From an uncultured Chlamydiae bacterium (GTDB lineage Bacteria > Chlamydiota > Chlamydiia > Chlamydiales > JAJFMA01): a stretch of 64,000 nucleotides of DNA. Position numbers and translations under genes: made by a program. The notes under the pieces are model-generated. The model saw nothing but the letters and a program-made list of their open reading frames with translations, made no database searches and was not told where the DNA came from. Below are positions 1-9,041 of the stretch, piece after piece (position 1 is the stretch's first letter; each line of letters starts with the position of its first letter). The stretch is taken from assembly GCA_963713615.1 (NCBI GenBank), contig CAVQMM010000001.1:2784001-2848000 (forward strand), read 5' to 3'.

Positions 1-1
1 T

Positions 2-169
2 AACCCTTCTGAACGTTTCCCAGGATCGTCGGAACCTGGGCAATGGATTACGACCAAAGAGTTCTATCGTCTCGCACGTCTTTTTCATCCCGATAAGGGA
101 GGGAAGGGTTGTGAATCTCTTATGAAGTGTCTCAACGAAGCAAGGGATCTATCGAAAAAAGGATCCTAG
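2..169 (+). CDS. 3' end of a gene with a C-terminal J-domain (runs off the window start)
   Basis: Frame from nt 2 reads NPSERFPGSSEPGQWITTKEFYRLARLFHPDKGGKGCESLMKCLNEARDLSKKGS*, stop TAG at 167-169. HPD motif between J-domain-like helices II and III. Not in the ORF track because no start lies in the window. Confidence 0.75.
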   Translation, partial: NPSERFPGSSEPGQWITTKEFYRLARLFHPDKGGKGCESLMKCLNEARDLSKKGS

Positions 170-231
170 GCACATGTATATACCCGGCAACAGAAAATCC
201 GAGAGGAAGAGAGAGGACGGATAAAGATTGC

Positions 232-1011
232 TCACGAAATGAGACTCGCAATAGAATGTCGCAATTTGCTCCAAAATGTTGCGGGCTCATAACGCAGAAA
301 GACGAGCTGATCCCTATTTGGTATGCGCTTAGAATACCTTAAACGTTGATATCGAAGCTCTACCAGCATATCCTTAGTGGGTTCCCAAGCCTTGACGTCA
401 TCAGCAGCTTTCTCCAACAAACCACTTAAGAGGGCTTTTTCTTCAGCCTTAATGGGGCCATGAAAGAAAAATCTGAGTTGGATTTTGGTATTAGTCTGCA
501 TAATGGCAACGGCGCGCAGAGCTGGCGGTACCCGCTCAACAAGCGCATCCTGAGTAATCAGCCTTACACCTAAGAGTATGTCTTCAGAGGTAAGCTCTTT
601 TAATGATTTTAGAAGGTATTGGTGAGAAGCAACAATCTCCCTAGGAAACTGATCAGGATCGTCCAAAGAAGCCCAATATTTAGCTTCCTCTTCATCGCGA
701 GGAACAGAGGATTCGTACCGCATGTACACACACGCTCCTAAATGAGGCGGTGAATACGGAACATCGACCCTAATAGCATCATAGATGACTTCAATATGCT
801 CACCATCATCGTGTTTTATGTCATTCAAGAGAGATGCCATCGCTTCTTCATACAAACTGCGATCTAATCCTTCAAGAATTCCGTGATGATAAAAATATAC
901 CAACGCAACACGCTCGAACACTTGAACAAACACGGCACGAAGATCAGGCCAAATACGCCCTATCAATGCGGTCTGAACGGAAAGCCTGAGCTTAGCTAGA
1001 GACAGCGTCAT
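232..1011 (-). CDS. Candidate toxin immunity protein, two tandem ~100-aa repeats
   Basis: Two copies of AL-x-x-x-(I/V)-(W/P)-P-x-LRAV...(Y/F)F(Y/F)-x-x-G...RYE. Start placed at MTLSLAK (ATG 1011) by similarity to MALSVRY of the upstream paralog. Lies downstream of a toxin gene. Confidence 0.7.
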   Translation of the reverse strand: MTLSLAKLRLSVQTALIGRIWPDLRAVFVQVFERVALVYFYHHGILEGLDRSLYEEAMASLLNDIKHDDGEHIEVIYDAIRVDVPYSPPHLGACVYMRYESSVPRDEEEAKYWASLDDPDQFPREIVASHQYLLKSLKELTSEDILLGVRLITQDALVERVPPALRAVAIMQTNTKIQLRFFFHGPIKAEEKALLSGLLEKAADDVKAWEPTKDMLVELRYQRLRYSKRIPNRDQLVFLRYEPATFWSKLRHSIASLIS

Positions 1012-1715
1012 TCTGGCTACCCCCTGAAAGTGTTTCAGGATTGGGCTCATAGCGAAAATAGACCGCTCGGTAAGTTTTGGGCAACCACTCAGGATAGTCT
1101 AGCCTGATTAACGTCGGTACAATGGCTAGTCCCTTGGAAGGAGACCACGATGCCATCTCGATCGTCAATTCGGCGATTGTTTTATCTACAAGCGATTGTT
1201 CATTGCGCTGAATAAGGCCATCGAAATAAAAGTATACAGTAAGCGTACCATTTGCTACCTCAAAGGCTACCCTGCGAAGGTTTGGGGGTACATGGCCTTG
1301 CAACGCAAAACCGATGAGCATGTCAAGGTCTGCTTCCAAATATTTCCCTTTGGGATCTAGTTCTAAACACCTTTTAAGGTATTCACGGTCCAGAGTCTTG
1401 GAATAGGCTATGGGTTCATGCCTAAAGAAGACACAACACCCCAACTGCGGAGGCCTCTTGGGGAAAGTCTACGCGAACAGTGACAGAACTACAAATATTC
1501 CACCTTCCCCGGTCAAAACCGCAATCCGCGAGGATTTCAGTGAGGATGTCGGCTGCAAGTTCCTTACCAAGCTCATCGATAGGTCCGTGATAGTAATATC
1601 CCACGTCGAAGGAGTTTTCAATACAATCAACATAGACAGCACGTAATGCAGGCCAAACATGTCCTAAGAGCGCTGTTTGAGCGGATAGACTGAGGTATCG
1701 TACAGATAAGGCCAT
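992..1715 (-). pseudogene. Paralogous two-repeat candidate immunity protein split by a +1 frameshift at 1460-1463
   Basis: ORFs 1422..1715 and 992..1444 join as ...VRVDFP/KRPPQLGCCVFFRHE if one C of TTTCCCC is removed. This matches IRVDVPYSPPHLGACVYMRYE in the paralog. The ATG overlaps the toxin stop (TAATG). Confidence 0.7.
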
Positions 1716-3244
1716 TATTTTCTGAACTCAAAAAGAATAGGCACGATGTGTACTCCCTTTTTTGAATAGTGTATCTCGCCGATAGTTGTTGCGGTTTTTG
1801 CTTTTGTCTCGCGGTCCACAGCATAGCCAATCATCTCTCCAAAGTCTACAGCCTCTCGATAACCTGGCTCACCAAATTTATTTTTGTTTCTTGTTGGCAC
1901 TCCTTTGCCCCCATACTTGTCTACTAGCCCTTGTGCATCTGGATGTGTTAAGATGCTCCGCTTAGCGTCATAGTTATGAGCGCTTGGGACATGCTTATTT
2001 TGTTTGTCCCACTCAATTTTGAAGCGGCTAATTGTCTGCTCTCGAGATGCAAGATGCTTGGCTGATTCGGCGATGATTTTTTCGGCATTAGCTTCAGAGA
2101 CCCTCATGGTGTCAAGGAGAACTTCACGGTTAGCATTGCGCAGCTTGCTTAGATAGGTTCCCCCCTTGATGCTAACCTCTGCCGCTAGTAAATCAATGCC
2201 ATATTTGCCCAGGGCATATCCAAAAAGCTCAGCACGCTCGCTATCTGAAAGAGTTTCGTAGTGGTCAGCCAGCATGCGTAGTTCTACGATACAATCATCC
2301 AGCATGGCTTCGTCTACAGACTGCATGAACAGAACGGTTTGCACCATAGCATCGTGGCTACAGTTGATAAAATTATTCAGTGAGGCGCCAGGATCTTGGG
2401 CACAAGTCCACAATGCAGTGCCAATACCTCTTAGGGTATTCCACAGGCAAGGAATGATCTCCTTAACTGAATCAACGGCACCTGAAGTCAAACTACTAAG
2501 AAATGTATCGGCAAATTCGGTCGAGGTTTTGAGCTTTACTGTAGCTAGTTGTTTTCGAATCCCTGAGCTGTCATAGTCGCTCAAAGCCGCTTCATAATCT
2601 CCTGATTCAAAATGGGCTACTGCCCTTTGGAAATAGGCCTGCTTATTTTGGGGATTTTTTTGAATGAGATCGGAAAGAACGTCAATAGCCACGTCATACT
2701 TCAAAACCTGAATGAGAGCCTCTCCTTGTGCACATTGCATGTCCGGTGTGAAAGCCTTAGGTGATCCACCATGACCTATAAAGGACTCAAGGTTAGCGAC
2801 GCATCCTTCATAGTTTCCCTTATCAAAGCAGATGCGTCCTCTTTCATAGTAAGCGCTGAGATGACCATGTTTAGCCGCACAATCGGTGTAAATTTCAGAA
2901 AAAATTTGGGAGGTCTCCTGCCATCCACTGAGGAGGATATTGACACCTGGGGGATCGCATCTGTCCAAGCATTCTCTAAAGACATTGGATAGATCGGTAT
3001 AGGTGTTTTTATAGAGCACCTGCTTTTCTGCTAACTCCCAGACTGAGCTGACATAAGTGGTTCTAAAGAGACGTCCACCAGCGCAGTGTGCATCATAAAT
3101 ACTACAGGCTGCACAACTCTGAGCTTTGCGGATGTCGTTGCCATGCTGGGTACAAAAACGAGTCGTAGCAGCATAACCCAGTCCAAAACAACACGTTGCA
3201 AAAAAGAATGCTAATAGAACAATCCGTTTCATCTTGCTTCTCAT
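1715..3244 (-). CDS. Secreted TPR-containing polymorphic toxin with C-terminal Ntox50-like (predicted RNase) domain
   Basis: GAGG SD before MRSKMKRIVLLAFFFATCCFGLGYA (signal peptide). TPR-like helices (AYYERGRICFDKGNYE, AYFQRAVAHFESGDYEAA). C-terminus KQNKHVP..HNY...RSILT..DAQGLVDKYGGKG...EAVDFGEMIG...TTIGEIHYSKKGVHIVP fits the toxin type 50 pattern. Confidence 0.8.
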   Translation of the reverse strand: MRSKMKRIVLLAFFFATCCFGLGYAATTRFCTQHGNDIRKAQSCAACSIYDAHCAGGRLFRTTYVSSVWELAEKQVLYKNTYTDLSNVFRECLDRCDPPGVNILLSGWQETSQIFSEIYTDCAAKHGHLSAYYERGRICFDKGNYEGCVANLESFIGHGGSPKAFTPDMQCAQGEALIQVLKYDVAIDVLSDLIQKNPQNKQAYFQRAVAHFESGDYEAALSDYDSSGIRKQLATVKLKTSTEFADTFLSSLTSGAVDSVKEIIPCLWNTLRGIGTALWTCAQDPGASLNNFINCSHDAMVQTVLFMQSVDEAMLDDCIVELRMLADHYETLSDSERAELFGYALGKYGIDLLAAEVSIKGGTYLSKLRNANREVLLDTMRVSEANAEKIIAESAKHLASREQTISRFKIEWDKQNKHVPSAHNYDAKRSILTHPDAQGLVDKYGGKGVPTRNKNKFGEPGYREAVDFGEMIGYAVDRETKAKTATTIGEIHYSKKGVHIVPILFEFRK

Positions 3245-3577
3245 GTTATTCCTCTCAGATCGCAATCTGGTTCTAACATTTGCCATAGACTGTAAACTCT
3301 TTTCTGAGATTCGTGCAAAGATAAAATTGGATTTTATTCGTAAGAGACTTCCCCTTCCCCGTTTATGAGCTTCTTTCTCACACGATCCCACATAATCTCA
3401 CATAGGCCTGATGTGAGAAAAAGGTTTTGTACGGCAAGCACTACATTCTCTCCCCTCTCCTCCTTCTCATCAGGGCGATCGCATCTAAATTTTTGACTAG
3501 GTATTATATCTCCTCGCCATCCATACTATAGAGGAGATAACAATGTCAGCAGCAGAGCGTCTTAAGATTGTTTTTCA

Positions 3578-3820
3578 GGTTCATCCGGTTTTGTAGGCCT
3601 TAGGTGAGAGGAAAGAAATAGGATTTACCACAGAGAGCACCGAGACGCAGAGATCGGAGAGAGAGGAAGGGAAGAACATGACCTATTAAGATCAAAAAAA
3701 CGATCTCTTCTTTCCTCTCTCTCCGATCTCTGCGTCTCGGCGCTCTCTGTGGTAAAATCCTAAATCCTCTCCCTGCTAACTTCTGCCTTTGTAGTCAAGT
3801 CCTACAAAACCAAATGATCC
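3578..3820. mobile_element. Second MITE nested in the ISAs1-like element
   Basis: 20-bp imperfect IR GGTTCATCCGGTTTTGTAGG / GGATCATTTGGTTTTGTAGG. 8-bp direct repeat GTTTTTCA at 3570-3577 and 3821-3828. Confidence 0.75.
3619..3762. repeat. Long hairpin (~57-bp arms, ACCACAGAG..ACGCAGAG type)
   Basis: TAGGATTTACCACAGAGAGCACCGAGACGCAGAGATCGGAGAGAGAGGAA pairs with the arm at 3706-3762. Confidence 0.85.
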
Positions 3821-3990
3821 GTTTTTCAGCAAGCAGAACAAGATGAAAATGTCGGCTGAGTTCCTGTTTCGACTCGTTAGTCAAGGAAATTAAGATGCGA
3901 TCGCCCTGTCCTTCTCATCCCCCTCTGTGGTAAAAATTCCGCGCTTATGACACAATCATCAAGCAAAAATGAATTCGCGAGGAACAGGTC

Positions 3991-4476
3991 ATGTCAAAAG
4001 TCCGAACTGGAATGGGTCAGGATAGTCATCGTTTTCTACCACCTGAAAGCTCAAAGCCTTGCGTGATCGCGGGTTTGATTTTCGAAGATGTGCCTGGCTT
4101 CAACGCAAATTCCGATGGCGATGTGGTCTTTCACGCTATCTGCAATGCGATTACGTCCTTGACGCATGTTCTTATCCTAGGCGGCATCGCGGACGATCTG
4201 TGCCTTAAGGATGGCATCACCGATAGTGAAGTCTATCTCCGTAAGGCCGCAGAGACCCTCGGCAGACAACAAATTACTCATATAGCGGTTTCAATAGAAG
4301 CCAAGAAGCCAGCGTTCAAGAAACGTCTGACGCAGATGCGTGAAAACATCGCGCGTGTTCTTAATCTGCAAGTTGAGCAGGTGGGTATCACCGCAACGAC
4401 AGGCGAAGGCCTGACAGACTTTGGGTGCGGCGATGGGGTGCAGTGCTTTGCTATCGTGACAACGGTAGAGAACTAA
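3991..4476 (+). CDS. ispF: 2-C-methyl-D-erythritol 2,4-cyclodiphosphate synthase
   Basis: RTGMGQDSHRF, SDGDVVFHA and ATTGEGL motifs; 161 aa. Confidence 0.95.
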   Translation: MSKVRTGMGQDSHRFLPPESSKPCVIAGLIFEDVPGFNANSDGDVVFHAICNAITSLTHVLILGGIADDLCLKDGITDSEVYLRKAAETLGRQQITHIAVSIEAKKPAFKKRLTQMRENIARVLNLQVEQVGITATTGEGLTDFGCGDGVQCFAIVTTVEN

Positions 4477-5627
4477 TAAACATCACGCAGATAACGACCG
4501 GCCTCACGCAGGGCTTTAACGTAGGCTTTAGCCCCTTCAGCATCTCTAGCGCCTTGTTCAGCTACGATTTGATGAAGAGCTTGATCGACATCCTTGGCCA
4601 TATTCTCAGCATCACCGCAGACGTAAAAATAGGCCCCTTCTTCAAGCCATGTGTACACCTCTTTAGCATGCTCTAGAAGGCGATGTTGTACGTATTCTTT
4701 CTGCGCCTGATCGCGAGAAAAGGCAGTATCAAGCCGCAGATGCCCTGACATGACCAGATGGTGCCAGTAGTCCTCGTATAAAAAGTCATGGGCACGATTC
4801 CATTCACCAAAGAAAAGCCAATTTTTACCCAAAGCTCCCTGAGCCATGCGTTGCTGCATAAAACCGCGATAGGGCGCCACTCCAGTGCCAGGTCCTACCA
4901 TGATCAGTGGGGCGTTCGAGTCGGCTGGAAGAGTAAATTCCTTGGACGGCTGCAGATAGGTGGGGATAACAGGCTTTAACAGGGGTGCTAAGTCACAGAG
5001 ATAGTGAGAACAAATTCCCCTCCGCAAGTGGTTGTTGGAGGTGTATTGCGTCATGGCGACGGTTAAATGCACCTCTTGCCCCACCGCAACCATCGCCGAT
5101 GCAATCGAATAGAAACGCGGGAGCATGGGACCTTGTAAATCTGCAATATCTTGAGGAGTCACCAAAGCCTCAGAATGTTCCTCGAGAAAATCCCAAAGTT
5201 CTCGACATTCCAGGTATTCTTTTAATTCGGCTTGCTGTTCAGGAGCCAAAAGGCCGAGAAGTCTGGCTTTCTTGTCAGCATTATCCTGTCTTTCTGCCAG
5301 TAGGGTAAGCAACTTCTTGCTACAGCGGCTGATATTAGCTCGAGATGAGAGATACTCACTGAATGGCAGGGTCTCACCTTTCTTAGTGATGATAGGTTCC
5401 TCACCATCGGATCCTATGCGCTTCAAAATGCGCTGAACAGTAGTAGGATCGTTTAGAGGATAAATCCCTACACTATCGCCAACTTTGTAACTCAAATCTG
5501 AGCCTCGAAGATCCAATACCATGTGATAGGTACTTTTTTTGGATTCGGGCTTAGTCAATGGATAACGCTCTAGAAGCGCTGCCATAAAAGGATTAGCACG
5601 TGTGAATTCTGGTGTTCCATCTGCCAT
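4473..5627 (-). CDS. cysJ: Sulfite reductase flavoprotein-like oxidoreductase (FAD and NADPH domains only, no flavodoxin domain)
   Basis: PRFYSIAS, GICSHYL, MVGPGTGVAPYRGF, FYVCGDA and C-terminal RYLRDVY. Confidence 0.85.
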   Translation of the reverse strand: MADGTPEFTRANPFMAALLERYPLTKPESKKSTYHMVLDLRGSDLSYKVGDSVGIYPLNDPTTVQRILKRIGSDGEEPIITKKGETLPFSEYLSSRANISRCSKKLLTLLAERQDNADKKARLLGLLAPEQQAELKEYLECRELWDFLEEHSEALVTPQDIADLQGPMLPRFYSIASAMVAVGQEVHLTVAMTQYTSNNHLRRGICSHYLCDLAPLLKPVIPTYLQPSKEFTLPADSNAPLIMVGPGTGVAPYRGFMQQRMAQGALGKNWLFFGEWNRAHDFLYEDYWHHLVMSGHLRLDTAFSRDQAQKEYVQHRLLEHAKEVYTWLEEGAYFYVCGDAENMAKDVDQALHQIVAEQGARDAEGAKAYVKALREAGRYLRDVY

Positions 5628-5723
5628 AGGCTCACCAGCATACCTTACTTATCCCATACGCAGCAACCCATTCTATGGACTAAATGCTTTTGGCACTCCT
5701 CTTTCAAAAGTCATTGCGCTTGA

Positions 5724-6135
5724 CCCTAAGGCGCACCGCTTTCGCGGTGCAGGAACATGTTGTGCGATACCAGGGGTTGCTAGCGCTTCGCGCTTAAGCA
5801 CCCCTGGCTACCTATCGGTAACCACTTCGTGGTTTAGGATGATCATGCGGCTAGGCACAATACACCAGAGGTTATCAGCGCTTCGTGGTTTAGGATAATC
5901 ACACTGTGACATTGTTACCACGAAAGTGGTTACAAATTCGTGGTTTAGGATGATCACACTGTGACATTGTTATCACGAAAGTGGTTACAACTTCGTAATT
6001 TAGGATAATCACACTGTGACATTGTTACCACGAAGTGGTTGCCAGTAGGTAGCCAGGGGTGCTCAAGCGCGAAGCGCTAGCAACCCCTGGTATTGCACGA
6101 AATGTCCCTGCACCGCGAAGCGGTGCGCTTTAGGG
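5724..6135. repeat. REP/REPIN-like element: ~110-bp inverted arms around ~55-bp tandem repeats
   Basis: Arms 5724-5833 and 6027-6135 contain GTAGCCAGGGG..ACCCCTGG hairpins. Units beginning TTCGTGGTTTAGGATRATCA at 5825, 5881, 5936 and 5991. Confidence 0.85.
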
Positions 6136-6260
6136 AATTTGCGTATCCAAAAAATGTGCAAAGTCCTGCTAAATTTCAAGATCCTTGCCTAAATTTTGCT
6201 TTATCTTAGGTGCGATGCCGACTATGGTGAGGGAATACCCTCATAGCCAGGAGGCTAGCA

Positions 6261-9041
6261 ATGGCCGCCATTGATATCAACCCGCAGCAAAGCGCCTCGA
6301 TAGTCTATGTGTTCCCTTTTGGCAAAGGCATCAGTCTGCCATCACCAGATCGCAACCTATTGGGAGGTAAAGGGCAGAATCTTATCAAAATGGCTTCCAT
6401 AGGCCTTCCCGTCCCGCCGGGTTTCATCATCACCACAGAGACATGTCTTCATTTCCTCCGCAAGGGAAAGCATCTACCCGAAAAGCTTGAAGAACAGATT
6501 CAAGCGGCTATCAAGATCCTTGAGAACTTGATTGGCGCACAATTTGGAGGAGACACGAATCCTCTAATGGTGTCCGTACGGTCGGGGGCTCCGGTTTCAA
6601 TGCCTGGGATGATGGATACCATTTTGGACTTAGGCCTAAACGACCGCACCGTCGTGGCGTTTGCAAAGACGACAAATAACGAACGTCTAGCCTATGATTG
6701 CTACCGTCGTTTTATCAGCATGTATAGTTGTATTGTCCATGGCATGTCTCGGGATCTCTTTGCCAGCGAACTGGAAGCGCTTAAGAAAAGCAAAGGTGTC
6801 GAGCGTGATACAGAATTGGATGTAACTGCCTTAAAGCAGCTTTGCCAAAGATACCAAGAACTGTTTAATCATAAAATGGGTCATCAATTTCCACAGGACA
6901 CCTATCAACAGCTGATAGAGGCCATCCGAGCGGTTTTCTCAAGCTGGGAAAGCGAACGCGCCACTCTCTATCGACACGTCAACCATATTCCAGATAACCT
7001 AGGAACTGGGGTTACCGTCGAAGCAATGGTCTTCGGCAACCGCAACGACCGATCAGCTACTGGCGTCGCGTTCACACGTAATCCATCCACTGGCGAGAAC
7101 ATCTTCTATGGAGAATTCTTACCGAATGCCCAAGGTGAAGATGTCGTCGCAGGCACCCGTACTCCACATCCTATCAACGAGCATCAAAAATCTATTACTG
7201 GATCGACTAAGGCTAGCCTTGAAGAGATGATGCCAGACGTCTACGAAGAGCTGAGAGGTGTCGTAGGTGTTCTGGAAAAACACTACCGCGACATGCAGGA
7301 TATCGAGTTTACAATCGATGATGGGCATCTCTATATGTTGCAGACACGTACTGGCAAGCGGACAGGGTTTGCATCGGCGCGCATGGCCATAGAGATGCTT
7401 GATGAAGGTCTGATTGATGAGGTCACCGCCCTCAAAAGAATCGAACCCGAGCAACTGGAGCAGCTTCTAGCGCCCGTTTTTCATCCCAAGGACAAAGAAA
7501 TGGCTCGTCGCGTCATGGTAGCTAAGGGGATCAATGCTGGTCCAGGGGCCGCCTCGGGAGTGTGTGCCCTTACGTCCGCGAAGGCACAAGAATATCAGCT
7601 GATGAATAAGCCCTGTATCTTGGTACGTCATGAGACCAACCCTGATGACTTCGCGGGCATCGTCGCTGCCGAGGGTATCCTGACGGCCCGTGGAGGAAGC
7701 ACCAGCCATGCAGCTGTTGTCGCTCGTGGTATGGGAAAACCATGCATTTGCGGCTGTGGAGAACTACAGATCGATTTAGATCGAGGGACAGTAACAGCTA
7801 ACGGACAGACCATCAAGGAAGGTGATTCCATATCAATAGACGGAAGCTCCGGCGAGGTATTTTTCTGCAAATTATCAACCAGCCCATCAGAAATCTTACA
7901 AGTTCTGTTAACCAAAGAAATTTCTCCTGAAGCGAGTAAAGTCTTTCAGAATTATACTAGAATCATGGCTCTAGCTGACAAGTACCGCAAACTAAAGGTA
8001 CGAGCCAACGCAGATACATGCCACGACAGTGTGGTAGCCCGTTGCTTTGGATCAGAGGGCGTAGGTCTTTGCCGCACAGAGCACATGTTTTTGGAAGAGC
8101 AAAGGCTTTTTGATGTGCGACGCATGCTTTTTAGTACCAGCCGAGAAGAGCGCGAGGCAGCCACTCATCAGCTCCTACCCTCACAAAGAGAAGATTTTAA
8201 GCGCCTCTTCCGCAGTATGAATGGAATGCCGGTAACGATCCGCTTGCTAGATCCGCCGCTTCATGAATTCCTTATGGTCGCTCCTGAAGCCATCAAAGAC
8301 CTAGCGGAGCGTCTTCAGATCCCTTTAGACAAGTTAAAAGAAACCGCTAACGCGCTCCGTGAACATAATCCAATGCTCGGATTTCGCGGATGCCGTTTAG
8401 GTATTCTCAATCCAGCTCTTACGCGTATGCAAGCACGAGCTATTTTTGAAGCTGCTGTGGAAGTCACCTTAGAAGGGTGTGCGATCTATCTTGAAATCAT
8501 GATCCCTCTGGTCGCCTACGAGCAGGAATTCATACATCAGAAGATGATTGTCGACGCAGTAGCTGAGGAGGTCTTTAATGCCAGAGGTCTGTGTATTAAC
8601 TATAGCCTTGGAACCATGATCGAATTACCACGGGCAGCACTACTGGCCGACCGCATAGCAAAAGAAGCCTGTTTCTTTAGTTTTGGCACCAATGACCTAA
8701 CCCAAACAACGCTAGGCATGAGCCGAGACGATGCGAATCACTTCTTACCTCTGTACATTCAGGGGATACCAAATCCTTCTGCCCCCAACGATAAAATGTA
8801 CATGATTCCCAATGACCCCTTTCAAACCATTGATCAGGATGGCGTTGGGGAGCTCATGAAAATAGCTGTGGAGCGGGGACGCAAAACACGTCCAGGACTC
8901 AAATGCGGCATTTGCGGTGAGCATGGTGGAGACCCACAAACAGTGATGTTTTGCCACCGCATCGGCCTCGACTACGTTTCCTGTAGTCCCTATCGCGTGC
9001 CCATCGCTCGTTTAGCCGCCGCCAGAGCTACTCTTATCTGA
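6261..9041 (+). CDS. ppdK: Pyruvate, phosphate dikinase
   Basis: LLGGKG, VSVRSGA..SMPGMMDT, QGEDVVAG, GGSTSHAAVVAR, FSFGTNDLTQ and GICGEHGGDP; AGGAGG SD. Confidence 0.98.
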   Translation: MAAIDINPQQSASIVYVFPFGKGISLPSPDRNLLGGKGQNLIKMASIGLPVPPGFIITTETCLHFLRKGKHLPEKLEEQIQAAIKILENLIGAQFGGDTNPLMVSVRSGAPVSMPGMMDTILDLGLNDRTVVAFAKTTNNERLAYDCYRRFISMYSCIVHGMSRDLFASELEALKKSKGVERDTELDVTALKQLCQRYQELFNHKMGHQFPQDTYQQLIEAIRAVFSSWESERATLYRHVNHIPDNLGTGVTVEAMVFGNRNDRSATGVAFTRNPSTGENIFYGEFLPNAQGEDVVAGTRTPHPINEHQKSITGSTKASLEEMMPDVYEELRGVVGVLEKHYRDMQDIEFTIDDGHLYMLQTRTGKRTGFASARMAIEMLDEGLIDEVTALKRIEPEQLEQLLAPVFHPKDKEMARRVMVAKGINAGPGAASGVCALTSAKAQEYQLMNKPCILVRHETNPDDFAGIVAAEGILTARGGSTSHAAVVARGMGKPCICGCGELQIDLDRGTVTANGQTIKEGDSISIDGSSGEVFFCKLSTSPSEILQVLLTKEISPEASKVFQNYTRIMALADKYRKLKVRANADTCHDSVVARCFGSEGVGLCRTEHMFLEEQRLFDVRRMLFSTSREEREAATHQLLPSQREDFKRLFRSMNGMPVTIRLLDPPLHEFLMVAPEAIKDLAERLQIPLDKLKETANALREHNPMLGFRGCRLGILNPALTRMQARAIFEAAVEVTLEGCAIYLEIMIPLVAYEQEFIHQKMIVDAVAEEVFNARGLCINYSLGTMIELPRAALLADRIAKEACFFSFGTNDLTQTTLGMSRDDANHFLPLYIQGIPNPSAPNDKMYMIPNDPFQTIDQDGVGELMKIAVERGRKTRPGLKCGICGEHGGDPQTVMFCHRIGLDYVSCSPYRVPIARLAAARATLI

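Larger units (their letters stand above)
3471..3908 (+). mobile_element. Internally deleted ISAs1-family-like element (MITE)
   Basis: Perfect 16-bp terminal IR CAGGGCGATCGCATCT. 10-bp direct repeat TCCTTCTCAT at 3461-3470 and 3909-3918. GAGGAG SD with ATG at 3543 and a short C-terminal-like remnant before the right IR. Confidence 0.8.

Noticed and set aside
3245..3391. N-terminal extension of the toxin ORF given in the track
   Set aside because: The SD and signal peptide point to the ATG at 3244 (or 3232).
5825..6040. CRISPR-like periodicity (21-nt repeat plus ~34-nt spacer)
   Set aside because: Three of four spacers are near identical, the array lies inside inverted arms, and no cas genes are in the window.
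7119..8957. Antisense and nested ORFs inside ppdK and other long genes
   Set aside because: They are shadow frames of well-supported genes and have no motifs.
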